64,000 nucleotides of DNA from the IMG/VR virus record IMGVR_UViG_3300020079_000007, positions 96,001 through 160,000 of that record. One strand, 5' to 3'. Under the pieces are notes generated by a model that searched no databases, had not been told where the DNA came from, and was given only the letters and a program-made list of their open reading frames with translations. Of the stretch, positions 17,954 through 27,915 are shown piece after piece. Both the position numbers and the translations under genes were made by a program. Source of the DNA: a virus. Lineage: Duplodnaviria > Caudoviricetes. Position 1 is the first letter of the stretch. The number at the start of each line of letters is the position of its first letter.

Positions 17954-18526
17954 ATGATATACCAAAATACGGAGGATTATATAAAAAGACATATTGAAAG
18001 AGTCCGTAAACACCTTTTGACATTTATTCTACTCTTGCAAGTTCGTGCTCAACGCCACGACTATTCAAAGCTGCAAGAGCCTGAATTAAGTTGGTGGAAA
18101 AATATGGACAAGGAACCTCGTTATCCTTATGGGTCACCTCAATATGTCGAAAAAATGAGAAGATGGAAATATGTGTTTGACCATCACTATAAATACAATC
18201 GTCACCACCCAGAACACTTCGAGTTTGGTATTCAAGGAATGAACTTAGTCGACATTATTGAGATGCTTTGTGATTGGATTGGTTATAAAGATTACATATC
18301 AATTACTGAAGCAATCTCAACTGTTGAGCAACAAATGAAAAGATATGGCTTTTCAGATGACTTAAGTTACATTATCAAAAATACTTTAATTGATTACTTC
18401 TCAATTATGGGCGGCTTTCATAAAGGTGAAGTGGACCTCCCAGGCGGCTTAGTTGAAGAATTAGGTTATCATAGAGAAAAAGTTAAAGAGGTTGAAGATA
18501 TACATCATATCGACATCTTGGCTTAA
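17954..18526 (+). CDS. DUF5662-like HD-type protein
   Basis: HDYSKL, HHYKYNRHHPEH, MNLVDIIEMLCDW. Confidence 0.75.
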   Translation: MIYQNTEDYIKRHIERVRKHLLTFILLLQVRAQRHDYSKLQEPELSWWKNMDKEPRYPYGSPQYVEKMRRWKYVFDHHYKYNRHHPEHFEFGIQGMNLVDIIEMLCDWIGYKDYISITEAISTVEQQMKRYGFSDDLSYIIKNTLIDYFSIMGGFHKGEVDLPGGLVEELGYHREKVKEVEDIHHIDILA

Positions 18527-18550
18527 AACTAATTATAAAAGGAACCGACT

Positions 18551-18758
18551 ATGGAAAAGAAGATGCTGACGATGAAGAAGATGCTGCAGTTGAAGTTCTT
18601 GAAGACGATTCTATAAACTTGGCAGAGATTATTAAAATTAAATTGACCCTGAGTTTAAGTCTTATATGGAAAAGTTTGCTGAAGCAGTAGATAAGACATC
18701 AGACTACTGGGAATCAGAAGAATTCAACGATGAACAATATAAGGTTGACTTCAACTAA
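18551..18758 (+). pseudogene. Frameshifted remnant of an acidic protein gene
   Basis: Promoter motif, SD and ATG are followed by coding-like fragments in different frames (EDADDEEDAAVEVLEDD; IDPEFKSYMEKFAEAVDKTSDYWESEEFNDEQYKVDFN*). Confidence 0.5.
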
Positions 18759-18855
18759 ATAACTTTCTCGAAAACAGCATTATATACGCAAGGGATTTCG
18801 TAAGAGGTCCCTTGTATGGTTTTAAACAGACTAACTAATAATACGAGGTATTTTA

Positions 18856-21800
18856 ATGGGCGCTATAGGTGTTGTAGGCGGACAAGGCGGCTTATCTCCA
18901 GAAGATTCAAATAGTTTAGAAAATCTCTCAACAAACAGCAAAGGCTTTCTTGATGGTATCAATGAGTCAAAATCAATTGCTCAGAAACAACTTAATTATG
19001 TTTCTGACATTGCAGTTGATGTAGGTACTAAAGGTTGGTTTGCTGAAACATTAGGAAAACTCGTAGACAACTTTGAAGAAAATACTGTAAAAGAAGATGA
19101 AGGCAGAACACTCTCTGAAGAGATTAAAGACATATTATCTGATATGAAAATCTTTGAAGAGACAACAAACATAGATAATAAAGAAAAGAAAAAGAAAAGA
19201 GGTAAAGTTTCAGATAGGACAAAGCTTGATGATTTGAAATCTTTGCCATACGAATTCGCAACACTCGGTGCTGTATTGGTAAATGCTCTTACAAATAAAG
19301 ATGAAAAGAAAGACAAGAAAGGCGGCATCTCAGGATTCTTCAAAGGTCTTCTTGAAGGTGTCGGTGGAATTGCTGCTCTCGGTGTTGCTTTGTTTGCATT
19401 TGCAGGTGCAACTTTAATATTCAATTTCGTTGACTGGGGTAAAGCAGTTATTGGTATGCTTGCCTTCACAGTATTTACAATCGGTATGGTTGCATTAGCT
19501 AAAAACTTAAGTGAAGAACAAAAAGATTTAACGAAGTTCGTAGAGTCATCTCTTATAATGTCAGCTGCATTAGGAGCATTTGCTATTTCACTTTACATTG
19601 CAAGTTTCTTAATGTCAGGTAAGCCTGTTTATATTGGTGATATTGAATTACCTGCATTCAGCATCGGTGGTGCGATTGCCGCATTGGTTTCTTTTGGTTT
19701 ATTTGAACTTGGAATGGTTGGCCTTGCAAAACTTATGGGCGGCAGTGAAGCTGACTTTATGAAGTTTGCAGCAGGCTCTATGATAATGACAGCTGCATTG
19801 GTTACATTCAGCATAGGTTTAGTTATTGCATCAAACATTTTCGCAAATGGTATCAACTTAGGTGGATTTGCAAAATATATAAATGGCGGAGCAGACAACA
19901 CTGTATTAAAGGTTGACCCAATAGGAGCTATAGCTGCAATCGGAACATTTATTGCATTTGAGGCAGGTCTTGGTCTTGTTGCAAGAATTATGGGAAGCTC
20001 AACTGGCGACTTTAGAAAGTTTGCAGCAGGTTCAATCATTATGTCTGGTGCATTAGTTGCATTTGCCATTTCATTAGTTGTTGTTTCACATCTCTTTACT
20101 AATGGTGTAAACATCGACAGTTTGAACATACATCTTGACCCAGTTGACCCTAAGATGGCTCTTCTTGGCGTAGGTACATTTATCGCATTTATGATTGCAA
20201 TGGCTGTCTTAGGGGCGGCATCTCAGTCAATACTTCAGTATATGGCAATTCTTGGTGCAGTATCAATGCTTATGTCTGTTTCATTGATACTATTTGCAGG
20301 TGCTATGGCAGTTGTTGCTTCTGTTGTATCAGGTGAATCACTTGAAGTAGCAGGCATTAAGTTCCAGCCTCCTCAGGGCGTTGTAAAGAATGCATTTATT
20401 GGTTTGGCAGCTATGGCAGGATTTATGGTTGCATTTGCAGGCTTAGGAGCATTGTTCTTAGTTCCGTTTGCTGGAGCTGCTTTGGCTGCAGGTATTGCAA
20501 TCGCTTCTGGTATTTTAATTTCTATTGCAGCTGCAACTGTTTTAATGTCAAAAGCAATGATGTTGGCAGGCTTGGCAATTACTGGTGGTACTGCTGAAAT
20601 TGCTGGTGAAAAATATAATCTTGCTCCTTATAATGAAGCAAATGTTGATAAGTTCTTTAGTGCAATGGAGCACTTCATTGACAGATTTAAAGATATGGGT
20701 GACGGACTTAGCAAAAAGTCGGTAAAAGCAATCAAAATGGTTAATGATGCTGTTATGCCTATTATCAAGTCAATGGACAAAATGGTTGATGTTGTTATTA
20801 AAGCGGGTGAAAATTACGATAACATTATAAAGATTGTAAATGGTGACTCAAACGCTCTTGACCACTTAATGGACCCAGTTATGTATGTAATCTTGGGCCA
20901 TAAGCTTGATGGTGAAGGCGGTTTAATGTATGTTGCAAACAATATGAGCAAGTACAGTGCAAAGGTTCTTAAACTTGTTGGTGAAGCACTTGTGCCTATC
21001 ACTGATGCTATGCTCAATATGATTGATGTTGTTATCAAAGCTGCTGACAATAAGCAAAAGATTGAAGATATAATGTCATCTCAGGGCGGAATGGATATGC
21101 TTGACCATTTGATGGACCCTGTTCTTTGGATGATTCTTGGTCATAATATGGACGGCTTAGGCGGCTTGATGTATGTTGCAACTTATATGAGTTCTTGGAG
21201 TGCAAAAACATTAAAGCTCGTAATTGAGTCTATGGTTCCTCTTACTGAGGCAATGAGCAATATGATTGACATTGTCTTAAAGGCTGCAACACTTTCAGCA
21301 GAAGGTATGACAACAGAGGAACTTGTTGCTCTTGCAATGGACAACCTTAATTTGATTATGGTAGGAAACGGCACAATTGCAGGTTTCCTTCCAATGTTTG
21401 TTGCTACTGCAAGTAAATTAGACGATACATCAAAAGATGCGATAGAAGCAATCAACTCAATGCCACCTATGGTACAAGCTCTTGGTGATATAATTGGTGT
21501 TGTTGCAAAAGCAGGTGAACTTGACCCAGCAAAAATTGATGCAGGTATTTATGGTTTGACTGCAGCATCAAACTTCTTGAAAACATTCATTAAAACAATC
21601 GCTGATATTATCCCAGGCGGAGTCGGTGGCTTCTTTACAAGTATGTTTGAAGGCGACCCTCTTGAAAAAGTTAAAGATGCTCACAAGTATTTACAGCCGG
21701 GCGGTATCTTCTATAACATCTTTGAAGATTTGGCAAATATCGCAAAAAACTTTGATGGAAAAGGTTTTGAAAATCTTGGTAAAGTATCAATCGTAGGTTC

Positions 21801-22281
21801 ATTTACAACTGATATGCTTAAAGGTTCTGATAACTTCAAGGACATAATGAAGAATATCCAAAAAGGTATTGATAATCTTTCAAAGCCTCAGTCTATGACA
21901 ACTGTTGCAAATGCTCTTGAGACTATTTCAAACGCAGGTGACATCAGCCATAAGTTTGACCCAATCTATGAACTTATTGAAAAGTCGGTAAGTATTCACT
22001 CAACCGCTCAAGATCTTGAAAGTATTGCTAATTCATATAACAAGATCGCCGCTGCAGAAAAGATTGGCGATATGAGTTCAAGATTTAAAGGTGTATTTGG
22101 CATTAAGAGTTCAACACCTACAACAGCAGCTGCTCCTGCTGCTGCAGCCGATAATATGAACAGAGGAATGTCTGTTGAAGAGATACTTAACGATTGGTAT
22201 AAGAACGGCGTTAAGATTAAACAGAATCTTGAAAATGTAAAAGAAGAACCTAAACCTGTTAATCTTTTAAGCATCGACTAA
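18856..22281 (+). CDS. Tape measure-like protein
   Basis: 1141 aa, Ala/Gly-rich hydrophobic helical repeats (duplicated LDHLMDPV..ILGH..DG.GGLMYVA); heads the baseplate operon. Confidence 0.7.
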   Translation: MGAIGVVGGQGGLSPEDSNSLENLSTNSKGFLDGINESKSIAQKQLNYVSDIAVDVGTKGWFAETLGKLVDNFEENTVKEDEGRTLSEEIKDILSDMKIFEETTNIDNKEKKKKRGKVSDRTKLDDLKSLPYEFATLGAVLVNALTNKDEKKDKKGGISGFFKGLLEGVGGIAALGVALFAFAGATLIFNFVDWGKAVIGMLAFTVFTIGMVALAKNLSEEQKDLTKFVESSLIMSAALGAFAISLYIASFLMSGKPVYIGDIELPAFSIGGAIAALVSFGLFELGMVGLAKLMGGSEADFMKFAAGSMIMTAALVTFSIGLVIASNIFANGINLGGFAKYINGGADNTVLKVDPIGAIAAIGTFIAFEAGLGLVARIMGSSTGDFRKFAAGSIIMSGALVAFAISLVVVSHLFTNGVNIDSLNIHLDPVDPKMALLGVGTFIAFMIAMAVLGAASQSILQYMAILGAVSMLMSVSLILFAGAMAVVASVVSGESLEVAGIKFQPPQGVVKNAFIGLAAMAGFMVAFAGLGALFLVPFAGAALAAGIAIASGILISIAAATVLMSKAMMLAGLAITGGTAEIAGEKYNLAPYNEANVDKFFSAMEHFIDRFKDMGDGLSKKSVKAIKMVNDAVMPIIKSMDKMVDVVIKAGENYDNIIKIVNGDSNALDHLMDPVMYVILGHKLDGEGGLMYVANNMSKYSAKVLKLVGEALVPITDAMLNMIDVVIKAADNKQKIEDIMSSQGGMDMLDHLMDPVLWMILGHNMDGLGGLMYVATYMSSWSAKTLKLVIESMVPLTEAMSNMIDIVLKAATLSAEGMTTEELVALAMDNLNLIMVGNGTIAGFLPMFVATASKLDDTSKDAIEAINSMPPMVQALGDIIGVVAKAGELDPAKIDAGIYGLTAASNFLKTFIKTIADIIPGGVGGFFTSMFEGDPLEKVKDAHKYLQPGGIFYNIFEDLANIAKNFDGKGFENLGKVSIVGSFTTDMLKGSDNFKDIMKNIQKGIDNLSKPQSMTTVANALETISNAGDISHKFDPIYELIEKSVSIHSTAQDLESIANSYNKIAAAEKIGDMSSRFKGVFGIKSSTPTTAAAPAAAADNMNRGMSVEEILNDWYKNGVKIKQNLENVKEEPKPVNLLSID

Positions 22282-22293
22282 TAAGAGGATATA

Positions 22294-23265
22294 ATGGCAA
22301 ACGATAAATTTGATAGAAGACAAACAAGCAGTGAAACATTCTTAGAGAATAAAGAAAATCCTGTTCCTCTTAGACTCGTAGGTCCTTATGGAAAAGTTCC
22401 TAATTGGAAATGTATCGACTTTTGGATGGGAGGATTTGAAGGCAAAAATCCAGTAGGAACTGATGCTCTTGCTAAAAGACAGAATTGGCGCAATAACAAG
22501 TATGGCAATATTGATTTCTCAAATCACCCTGTAAATGATAATATATTACTTATACCTGAAAGAATGACGCTTGAGGTTTCAGGTGGACAAAGTCTTACTG
22601 ATGTAAACGAATCATTAGGTAAAAGTGATGACTTCTTGGCAATCTTGTCTGAAGCTACTGCAATTATTACAGGTTCAATGTCTGTTCCTCAATGGAAGCC
22701 TAAAGTTCTTGAAGGCCTTAATCCTCTTAAACTTGCACAGGGATTTAAATTTAATTTTCACTATGGCGCAGGCGGACTTTATGATGCTTTTGAAGAAGTA
22801 GTTAAACCTATATATGCTCTTGTAGGTTTCTTTGGTGTTAAAACGAAAAACGGAGCAGCAAGCCCCATTATATCAACAAGTGATCTTCCATACCCTACAA
22901 AAGGCTTGTTTATGTTTAATAAATTGAAGGGAGCAGTATCGGGTGTTTCTGATTTATTGAAAAATGGGTTGGAAGGAAAGTCTGGAGCAGAGAAGCTTGC
23001 AGACGCAAATGCAAAACTTCAAGCTGCTTTGGCAAGTGGCGCTCTTGGAATCGCATCAAGCTCAAGATACCACAACTTATGGATTTCTTGGGGTCGTTTT
23101 ACACTTGGTCCCTTTCAATATTCAGAGATTAAGTATTCTTTTGATATGAGTATGTTCGACTCAAATGGTTGGCCAATGAACGGCACTTTTGAAATAAACG
23201 GTTTGGAATCTATGCGTGTATCTTCTTCAAGCGCAATGGTTTCACCTGTTATTGTAGGAGCTTAA
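22294..23265 (+). CDS. Baseplate/tail tube initiator-like protein
   Basis: Follows the tape measure gene; C-terminal IKYSFD..FDSNGWPMNGTFEI. Confidence 0.45.
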   Translation: MANDKFDRRQTSSETFLENKENPVPLRLVGPYGKVPNWKCIDFWMGGFEGKNPVGTDALAKRQNWRNNKYGNIDFSNHPVNDNILLIPERMTLEVSGGQSLTDVNESLGKSDDFLAILSEATAIITGSMSVPQWKPKVLEGLNPLKLAQGFKFNFHYGAGGLYDAFEEVVKPIYALVGFFGVKTKNGAASPIISTSDLPYPTKGLFMFNKLKGAVSGVSDLLKNGLEGKSGAEKLADANAKLQAALASGALGIASSSRYHNLWISWGRFTLGPFQYSEIKYSFDMSMFDSNGWPMNGTFEINGLESMRVSSSSAMVSPVIVGA

Positions 23266-23267
23266 AA

Positions 23268-23594
23268 ATGAAAAGTAGATACGACTATTATGAAAGTTCT
23301 CAACAAACTGATGTTGATGGTGAACAGTGGCCTGATCCACTTTCAGTATCTTTCAATGATGTTCAAATGACAAAAGCACCTACGCTCGTTCAAATCACAG
23401 ATGCTGATATTACAAAATTTTGGCTTTTTATGAAAGATCATTATGGTTTACAAGAGATGGACGACATCTTACTAAATTTAAACGCCATTCCGTTTTTAGG
23501 AATGGAACGCCCAGGTGATAAGATATATCTTGTTGACATCAATGATATGGACAAATTCAATACACAGAAGTTGGGCGAGTCGGAGGATTACTAA
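23268..23594 (+). CDS. LysM-like baseplate wedge protein (gp53/tail X-like)
   Basis: KDHYG..DDILLNLNAI...PGDKIYL. Confidence 0.6.
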   Translation: MKSRYDYYESSQQTDVDGEQWPDPLSVSFNDVQMTKAPTLVQITDADITKFWLFMKDHYGLQEMDDILLNLNAIPFLGMERPGDKIYLVDINDMDKFNTQKLGESEDY

Positions 23595-24925
23595 TGGCTA
23601 AGAAAGCCCCAAACATTGAACTCCCAGAACTTAATGTTCGCTTAGGAGAATTTAATATATTAGGTTCAGACGCATATCGTTCTTTTGACTTTATTGCAGA
23701 TGAAAATGCGTTTTTACCAAGATGTGTTATCCGTTTGAGTGATAAAGGCGGAGATGTATTCCGTTCATTTTTGAACTTAAGTATTGGAACAAAAGTTGAA
23801 GTAACAATAACAGAAGGCTCAGACACAAAGGAAAGAAAAAGTGGCTCAAAAGATAATTACAGTATGAACTTGACCAATCTTGCCATAGGAGCAGTATATT
23901 CAAACAGTAAAGTTCTTGGCTTCGGTGATGGCGGACTTGAAATTCTTTGTGAACATCCTTGGTCTATTGCTCAAGATTTTAGTCCTCACGCATACGCAGG
24001 TAAATCAAATTCAGAAATCATTAAGTCTTTAGTTCAAAACACTTCATCAAGAGGTTTTGGTTTTGAAAAAATTGATAGGGAAATCTTTCAATCAACAGAT
24101 GAAGACGGCACAACACCAAGATACAACTGCGGTGAAGGTGACCTCAACTTTATTGTAAACAAATTACTTCCTTACACAACAGTAAACAACAACCCAGCTG
24201 TGTTCTTTGTTGATGATAAAAATAATGTTCACCTTGAGTCATTTCAGTCAATGTTTTCAAGAGACGCAAAGTTGTTAGTTATCGGTGGTAATGAAGAAGA
24301 CGTTGATGATGAAATAAGAGCAAAAGCAAAGTCTTTGGGTGGTCTTGCTATAAGTTCTAATCTTCTTGCAAAAATTGGCGATAAAAGACCTGATAAGTTT
24401 ACAAAAATACTTAAAAGAGAAATCGCAATGGATGATTGTTCCGCTTTATTGACGTACACAGGTAAATTACTTCCTAAAGTTGCAATCGCAAAACATTCAC
24501 AAGGTAAATCATCAAAAGGCTACATCCCTGTAAACTTTGGAAGAATGATAACATCTGATGCTACTGATAAAGTTTATTATACAAATCATATGTATAATGA
24601 CCTTAAAGCTGCGGCGCTTAATGAACAAAAAGATTTTAATTCTTTATTCAAAATTGATATTGATGTTTCATTCTGTGGTCATTTGGTTTCAGTAGGTGAC
24701 AATGTTGAAATAAAAATCCCAGTATCAAAAGATGAAGATAATGAAACAGTAAATCACTGGATGGATGGTAAGTGGCACATTAAAGCAATCAAATATAAAT
24801 GGGACCCATCATCAGGAGTCCCAGGAATGACGCTTACATTAACGAGACCTTCATTCGTATTCAACTCGACTACAACAATCGCAAATCGTGATGAGTTTTA
24901 CGGTGTAGGTATGACAATAATTTAA
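23594..24925 (+). CDS. Baseplate hub protein (gp27/gpD-like)
   Basis: GEGDLNFIVNKL, VGDNVEI, DGKWHIKAIKYKW; synteny. Confidence 0.6.
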   Translation: MAKKAPNIELPELNVRLGEFNILGSDAYRSFDFIADENAFLPRCVIRLSDKGGDVFRSFLNLSIGTKVEVTITEGSDTKERKSGSKDNYSMNLTNLAIGAVYSNSKVLGFGDGGLEILCEHPWSIAQDFSPHAYAGKSNSEIIKSLVQNTSSRGFGFEKIDREIFQSTDEDGTTPRYNCGEGDLNFIVNKLLPYTTVNNNPAVFFVDDKNNVHLESFQSMFSRDAKLLVIGGNEEDVDDEIRAKAKSLGGLAISSNLLAKIGDKRPDKFTKILKREIAMDDCSALLTYTGKLLPKVAIAKHSQGKSSKGYIPVNFGRMITSDATDKVYYTNHMYNDLKAAALNEQKDFNSLFKIDIDVSFCGHLVSVGDNVEIKIPVSKDEDNETVNHWMDGKWHIKAIKYKWDPSSGVPGMTLTLTRPSFVFNSTTTIANRDEFYGVGMTII

Positions 24926-24934
24926 GAGGTTGAT

Positions 24935-25669
24935 ATGATTGAAGCACATAAGTTTGATGGGAGCTTAAAACTTTACAGAGCAAATATCTACGCAAATGTT
25001 AAAAAAGGTGATGACCGTTTACAAGTAAGAATTATGCCTTATATGGCAGGCATCACAGGAGAAGACGAAGCAAACTTACCTAAATATCCGCCTCTTTACA
25101 AAGGCCACGTAATTCGTGGGTATGCTGAAACAGACTCACAATCAAATGGTGGCAAAGTTACTTCAATCTTTGTGCTTGCTAACGATGACTTTACCGTAGG
25201 ATATTGTCTTGACCCAATAAATGAATTCAATGGAGCTCTTAAAGGTGCACTTAAAACATCTTGGAACTATCAAGAGACGAAATCAGTTTTGCAAAGATGT
25301 GGCTTTATGCCTCAAGAGTTTACTTATGAAAACATTACTTGTGATATGAATGAAAATGGTTCACTTATTGAACTTGGAGCTTATAATCAACCATTCAAAA
25401 TTATTATGACTTCAACAGGTGATGTTATTGGAGTGATGGCCCATCGTTGTTTCTTGATGGCTCGTTCAGGTCCAAAGTCAGGTACTGACTCTTCATATAT
25501 TGATATAAGACCAACGAGAGTTGAAATCAAATCAAAGGTTGTAGACTTGTCAAAATCAGATGCAGTTATTTTGGGTCATCGTGGTATGAATCTTGTTGGA
25601 ACATTTGCTGAAAGTGCAGTTCCTTGTGAGGGTGTTAATCTTGCGCCGTGTAAAACAATCAAAGTCTAA
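24935..25669 (+). CDS. Baseplate central spike-like protein (OB fold + beta-rich)
   Basis: DRLQVRIMPY near the N-terminus; follows the hub gene. Confidence 0.5.
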   Translation: MIEAHKFDGSLKLYRANIYANVKKGDDRLQVRIMPYMAGITGEDEANLPKYPPLYKGHVIRGYAETDSQSNGGKVTSIFVLANDDFTVGYCLDPINEFNGALKGALKTSWNYQETKSVLQRCGFMPQEFTYENITCDMNENGSLIELGAYNQPFKIIMTSTGDVIGVMAHRCFLMARSGPKSGTDSSYIDIRPTRVEIKSKVVDLSKSDAVILGHRGMNLVGTFAESAVPCEGVNLAPCKTIKV

Positions 25670-25694
25670 AAAGAAACAAACTGCTACAGCAAAA

Positions 25695-25991
25695 ATGAAA
25701 GAAGAGTTTCGTATGACACCTGAGTGGTGGGCAATGCGAAAAGAATTGATTGCTGAGCAAAAGAAAGACCCAGTTACAAATGCTAAACTTTCTCCTAAGG
25801 CAAACTGCCATCATCTTGACCAAAGAGATGAGAACTACACAAGCACCGATAAAAGACGGTACATTATGTTGCAACCTCTCACCCACAAGATGACTCATTT
25901 CCTTTACCGCTTGTATAAAAAACAAGGAGAGCATCTTTTCGACACTCTCCGTAACATTTTCAAATTGATGGATAAATATTCAAATGATTAG
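25695..25991 (+). CDS. HNH endonuclease-like protein (degenerate Zn finger)
   Basis: EWWAMRKELI..DPVT...CHHLD...LQPLTHKMTH. Confidence 0.5.
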   Translation: MKEEFRMTPEWWAMRKELIAEQKKDPVTNAKLSPKANCHHLDQRDENYTSTDKRRYIMLQPLTHKMTHFLYRLYKKQGEHLFDTLRNIFKLMDKYSND

Positions 25992-27682
25992 TTTGGGTAC
26001 TTTTTCCAGAATGAAGCAGGTGTATTTGCTGCCCAAGCAAACTTTTTCTGCTGTGCTGCATTGTAAATTATTCCGATGTCAACTCCCAAGTCTTTACAGA
26101 AGCTGTAAGCAACTTTTGGGCTTGAGTAATTCAACTTTGCAGTACCAAGAGCAATGTTCTTTGTTGCCTTTTTAAGGTCCTTGTTTGCTTCAAGCTTCTG
26201 AACTCTCAAATCAGCTTTTTCAACCTGTGCTTTGATTTTGTTTTCTCTTTCAGCAATTACATCCAAGAGACCCTTAAGTTCATCACCTGAGAACTTCTTT
26301 TTGCAAGCTGCCTTCTGCTTCCTGAGTTTAGCAAGTTGAACTTTTGCTTTTGCAGCGCGGGCTTTTTCTGCTTCTTTTGCCTTCTTAATTGTTTCGTCAG
26401 TCTTATCCATCTGAGTTGCGAAGTTTTTTGCAACATTTTTCTGATGGTTAAGTTTTGTTGATACAACCAAGCAAGCATTGTCGTAAATTGAACGGATTTT
26501 CCATTCAGGCATTCCCTTTTTGACATCTGCTTTCTGAAGTTCCTCAGCAAGAAGCTTTGTTCCGTAAGTTGTTCGGAAAAGCTTTCCTGTTACATAAGGC
26601 AGGCAATCTGAAAGGAACTTGTTTACTGTTCCTGCAGAAGCTTTATCGAAAACTCTGTCAGAAGGTTTCTTATTTGCAATAAAAGTCTTCAGAGCTTTTT
26701 CAACATTTGCTGGGATTTCAACTGTGTTGTGGTATCTTACAGTATCTTTTCCGAGGAAGTCAAGTTCCAAAGTACCGTTTCCAACCTTGATATTCTTTAC
26801 AAGAAGCTGGGAAGCACCAACTGTTCCATTTTCAAACTTATCAAGCTTTTCAGTTCCGATACGAATACTTGTGCGGAGAATAAGCCAAGAAACTACTGCT
26901 TCCTGCTTGTTTGCGTTTACTCCGTCTTCGATATACTTTTCCATTATTGGCCAATCTTTTGCAAGCTGCTGTGCTTTTTCGTACTTGTGTTTGTCAGCGT
27001 CCTGTTTTACAGTTGATGTTGCGCCAAAACCATACTTCTTTTTGAGAGTTGCATAACCTTCACCGATGTGAACATCAAAATAAGTTGCAACATAAGCTTC
27101 GCGATTTTCAACAACTGCCTTCCACTTATGTCCTGCAGGAGGCTGTGGGATTTTTGATTTATCACCGATGTAATTGATTGTAACATCTTCAGGCTGAATT
27201 GCCCACTTCCACATTCCGTTCATTGGGCATTTGCCGCGGCCGACATACACTCCTTCAGGTTCGAGAACATATCCACCGATCTGCTGCTCAACTCCGTCAA
27301 GGAAGATTACGCCGTATTCTTTTTTGATTTTTTCGTTTTCAAGTTTCTTTGCTTCACGGGCTTCTTTTGTGTTTGCAAGCTTCTTTGCTTCTTTAATCAA
27401 TTCATTTTCTGCCCGCATTGCTTCGATTGTTTTTTCGTATCCTTCTGGGAAAGTTTGAGGCATTCCTACAGGAACATTTTTAAGGAATGTTTTTGCAAAG
27501 TTTTTCTGAAAGTCGGTACGATTTCGATAGTCATCGCCAAGAACTGCCCAGTGCCAAAGCATATCCTCAGAAAGATAATCAAGCTTTATTCCATTGACAA
27601 AAAACTTGCCTTTATATTCATAAGGTTTTGGGAAAAGTGGTCCCTTGTGTTCGATTGTCTTAAATTTTGCTTTTTTAGCCAT
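25988..27682 (-). CDS. DNA topoisomerase IB, long eukaryote-type
   Basis: EHKGPLFPKPYE, EPEGVYVGRG, PEDVTIN, PPAGHKWK, RIGTEK, DFLGKD, KLFRT, NHQK and IALGTAKLNY; all five catalytic residues present. Confidence 0.95.
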   Translation of the reverse strand: MAKKAKFKTIEHKGPLFPKPYEYKGKFFVNGIKLDYLSEDMLWHWAVLGDDYRNRTDFQKNFAKTFLKNVPVGMPQTFPEGYEKTIEAMRAENELIKEAKKLANTKEAREAKKLENEKIKKEYGVIFLDGVEQQIGGYVLEPEGVYVGRGKCPMNGMWKWAIQPEDVTINYIGDKSKIPQPPAGHKWKAVVENREAYVATYFDVHIGEGYATLKKKYGFGATSTVKQDADKHKYEKAQQLAKDWPIMEKYIEDGVNANKQEAVVSWLILRTSIRIGTEKLDKFENGTVGASQLLVKNIKVGNGTLELDFLGKDTVRYHNTVEIPANVEKALKTFIANKKPSDRVFDKASAGTVNKFLSDCLPYVTGKLFRTTYGTKLLAEELQKADVKKGMPEWKIRSIYDNACLVVSTKLNHQKNVAKNFATQMDKTDETIKKAKEAEKARAAKAKVQLAKLRKQKAACKKKFSGDELKGLLDVIAERENKIKAQVEKADLRVQKLEANKDLKKATKNIALGTAKLNYSSPKVAYSFCKDLGVDIGIIYNAAQQKKFAWAANTPASFWKKYPN

Positions 27683-27704
27683 ATTTTCGACTCCTTACAA
27701 TAAT

Positions 27705-27733
27705 AATATAAAGAATTATTGGTAAAAGTTTAA
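27705..27733 (-). promoter_or_regulatory. Early-type promoter driving topoisomerase IB
   Basis: TTAAAC-N17-TATATT followed by SD AAGGAG. Confidence 0.7.
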
Positions 27734-27754
27734 AATAAATTAACTAAAATTTAC

Positions 27755-27807
27755 TTTGACAGAATGACAAAAAATGTCAAAATAAAATTTGAACTATAAT
27801 GGAGGGA
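27755..27807 (+). repeat. Dispersed repeat copy 2: palindrome plus 33-bp arm
   Basis: TTGACA-N13-TGTCAAAATAAAATTTGAACTATAATGGAGGGA. Confidence 0.85.
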
Positions 27808-27915
27808 TAGAATATTAAGAATTGAAGGTAAATTTATTATAAAGTTAATATATCTTTGTAAAACTAATTATTTTGAAATACACTTAAACGGTAAATTTAC
27901 CTGTGGAGAAAAATA

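Noticed and set aside
18856-22281. 1141-aa hydrophobic protein as a membrane transporter
   Set aside because: Repeat structure and position at the head of the baseplate operon fit a tape measure protein.
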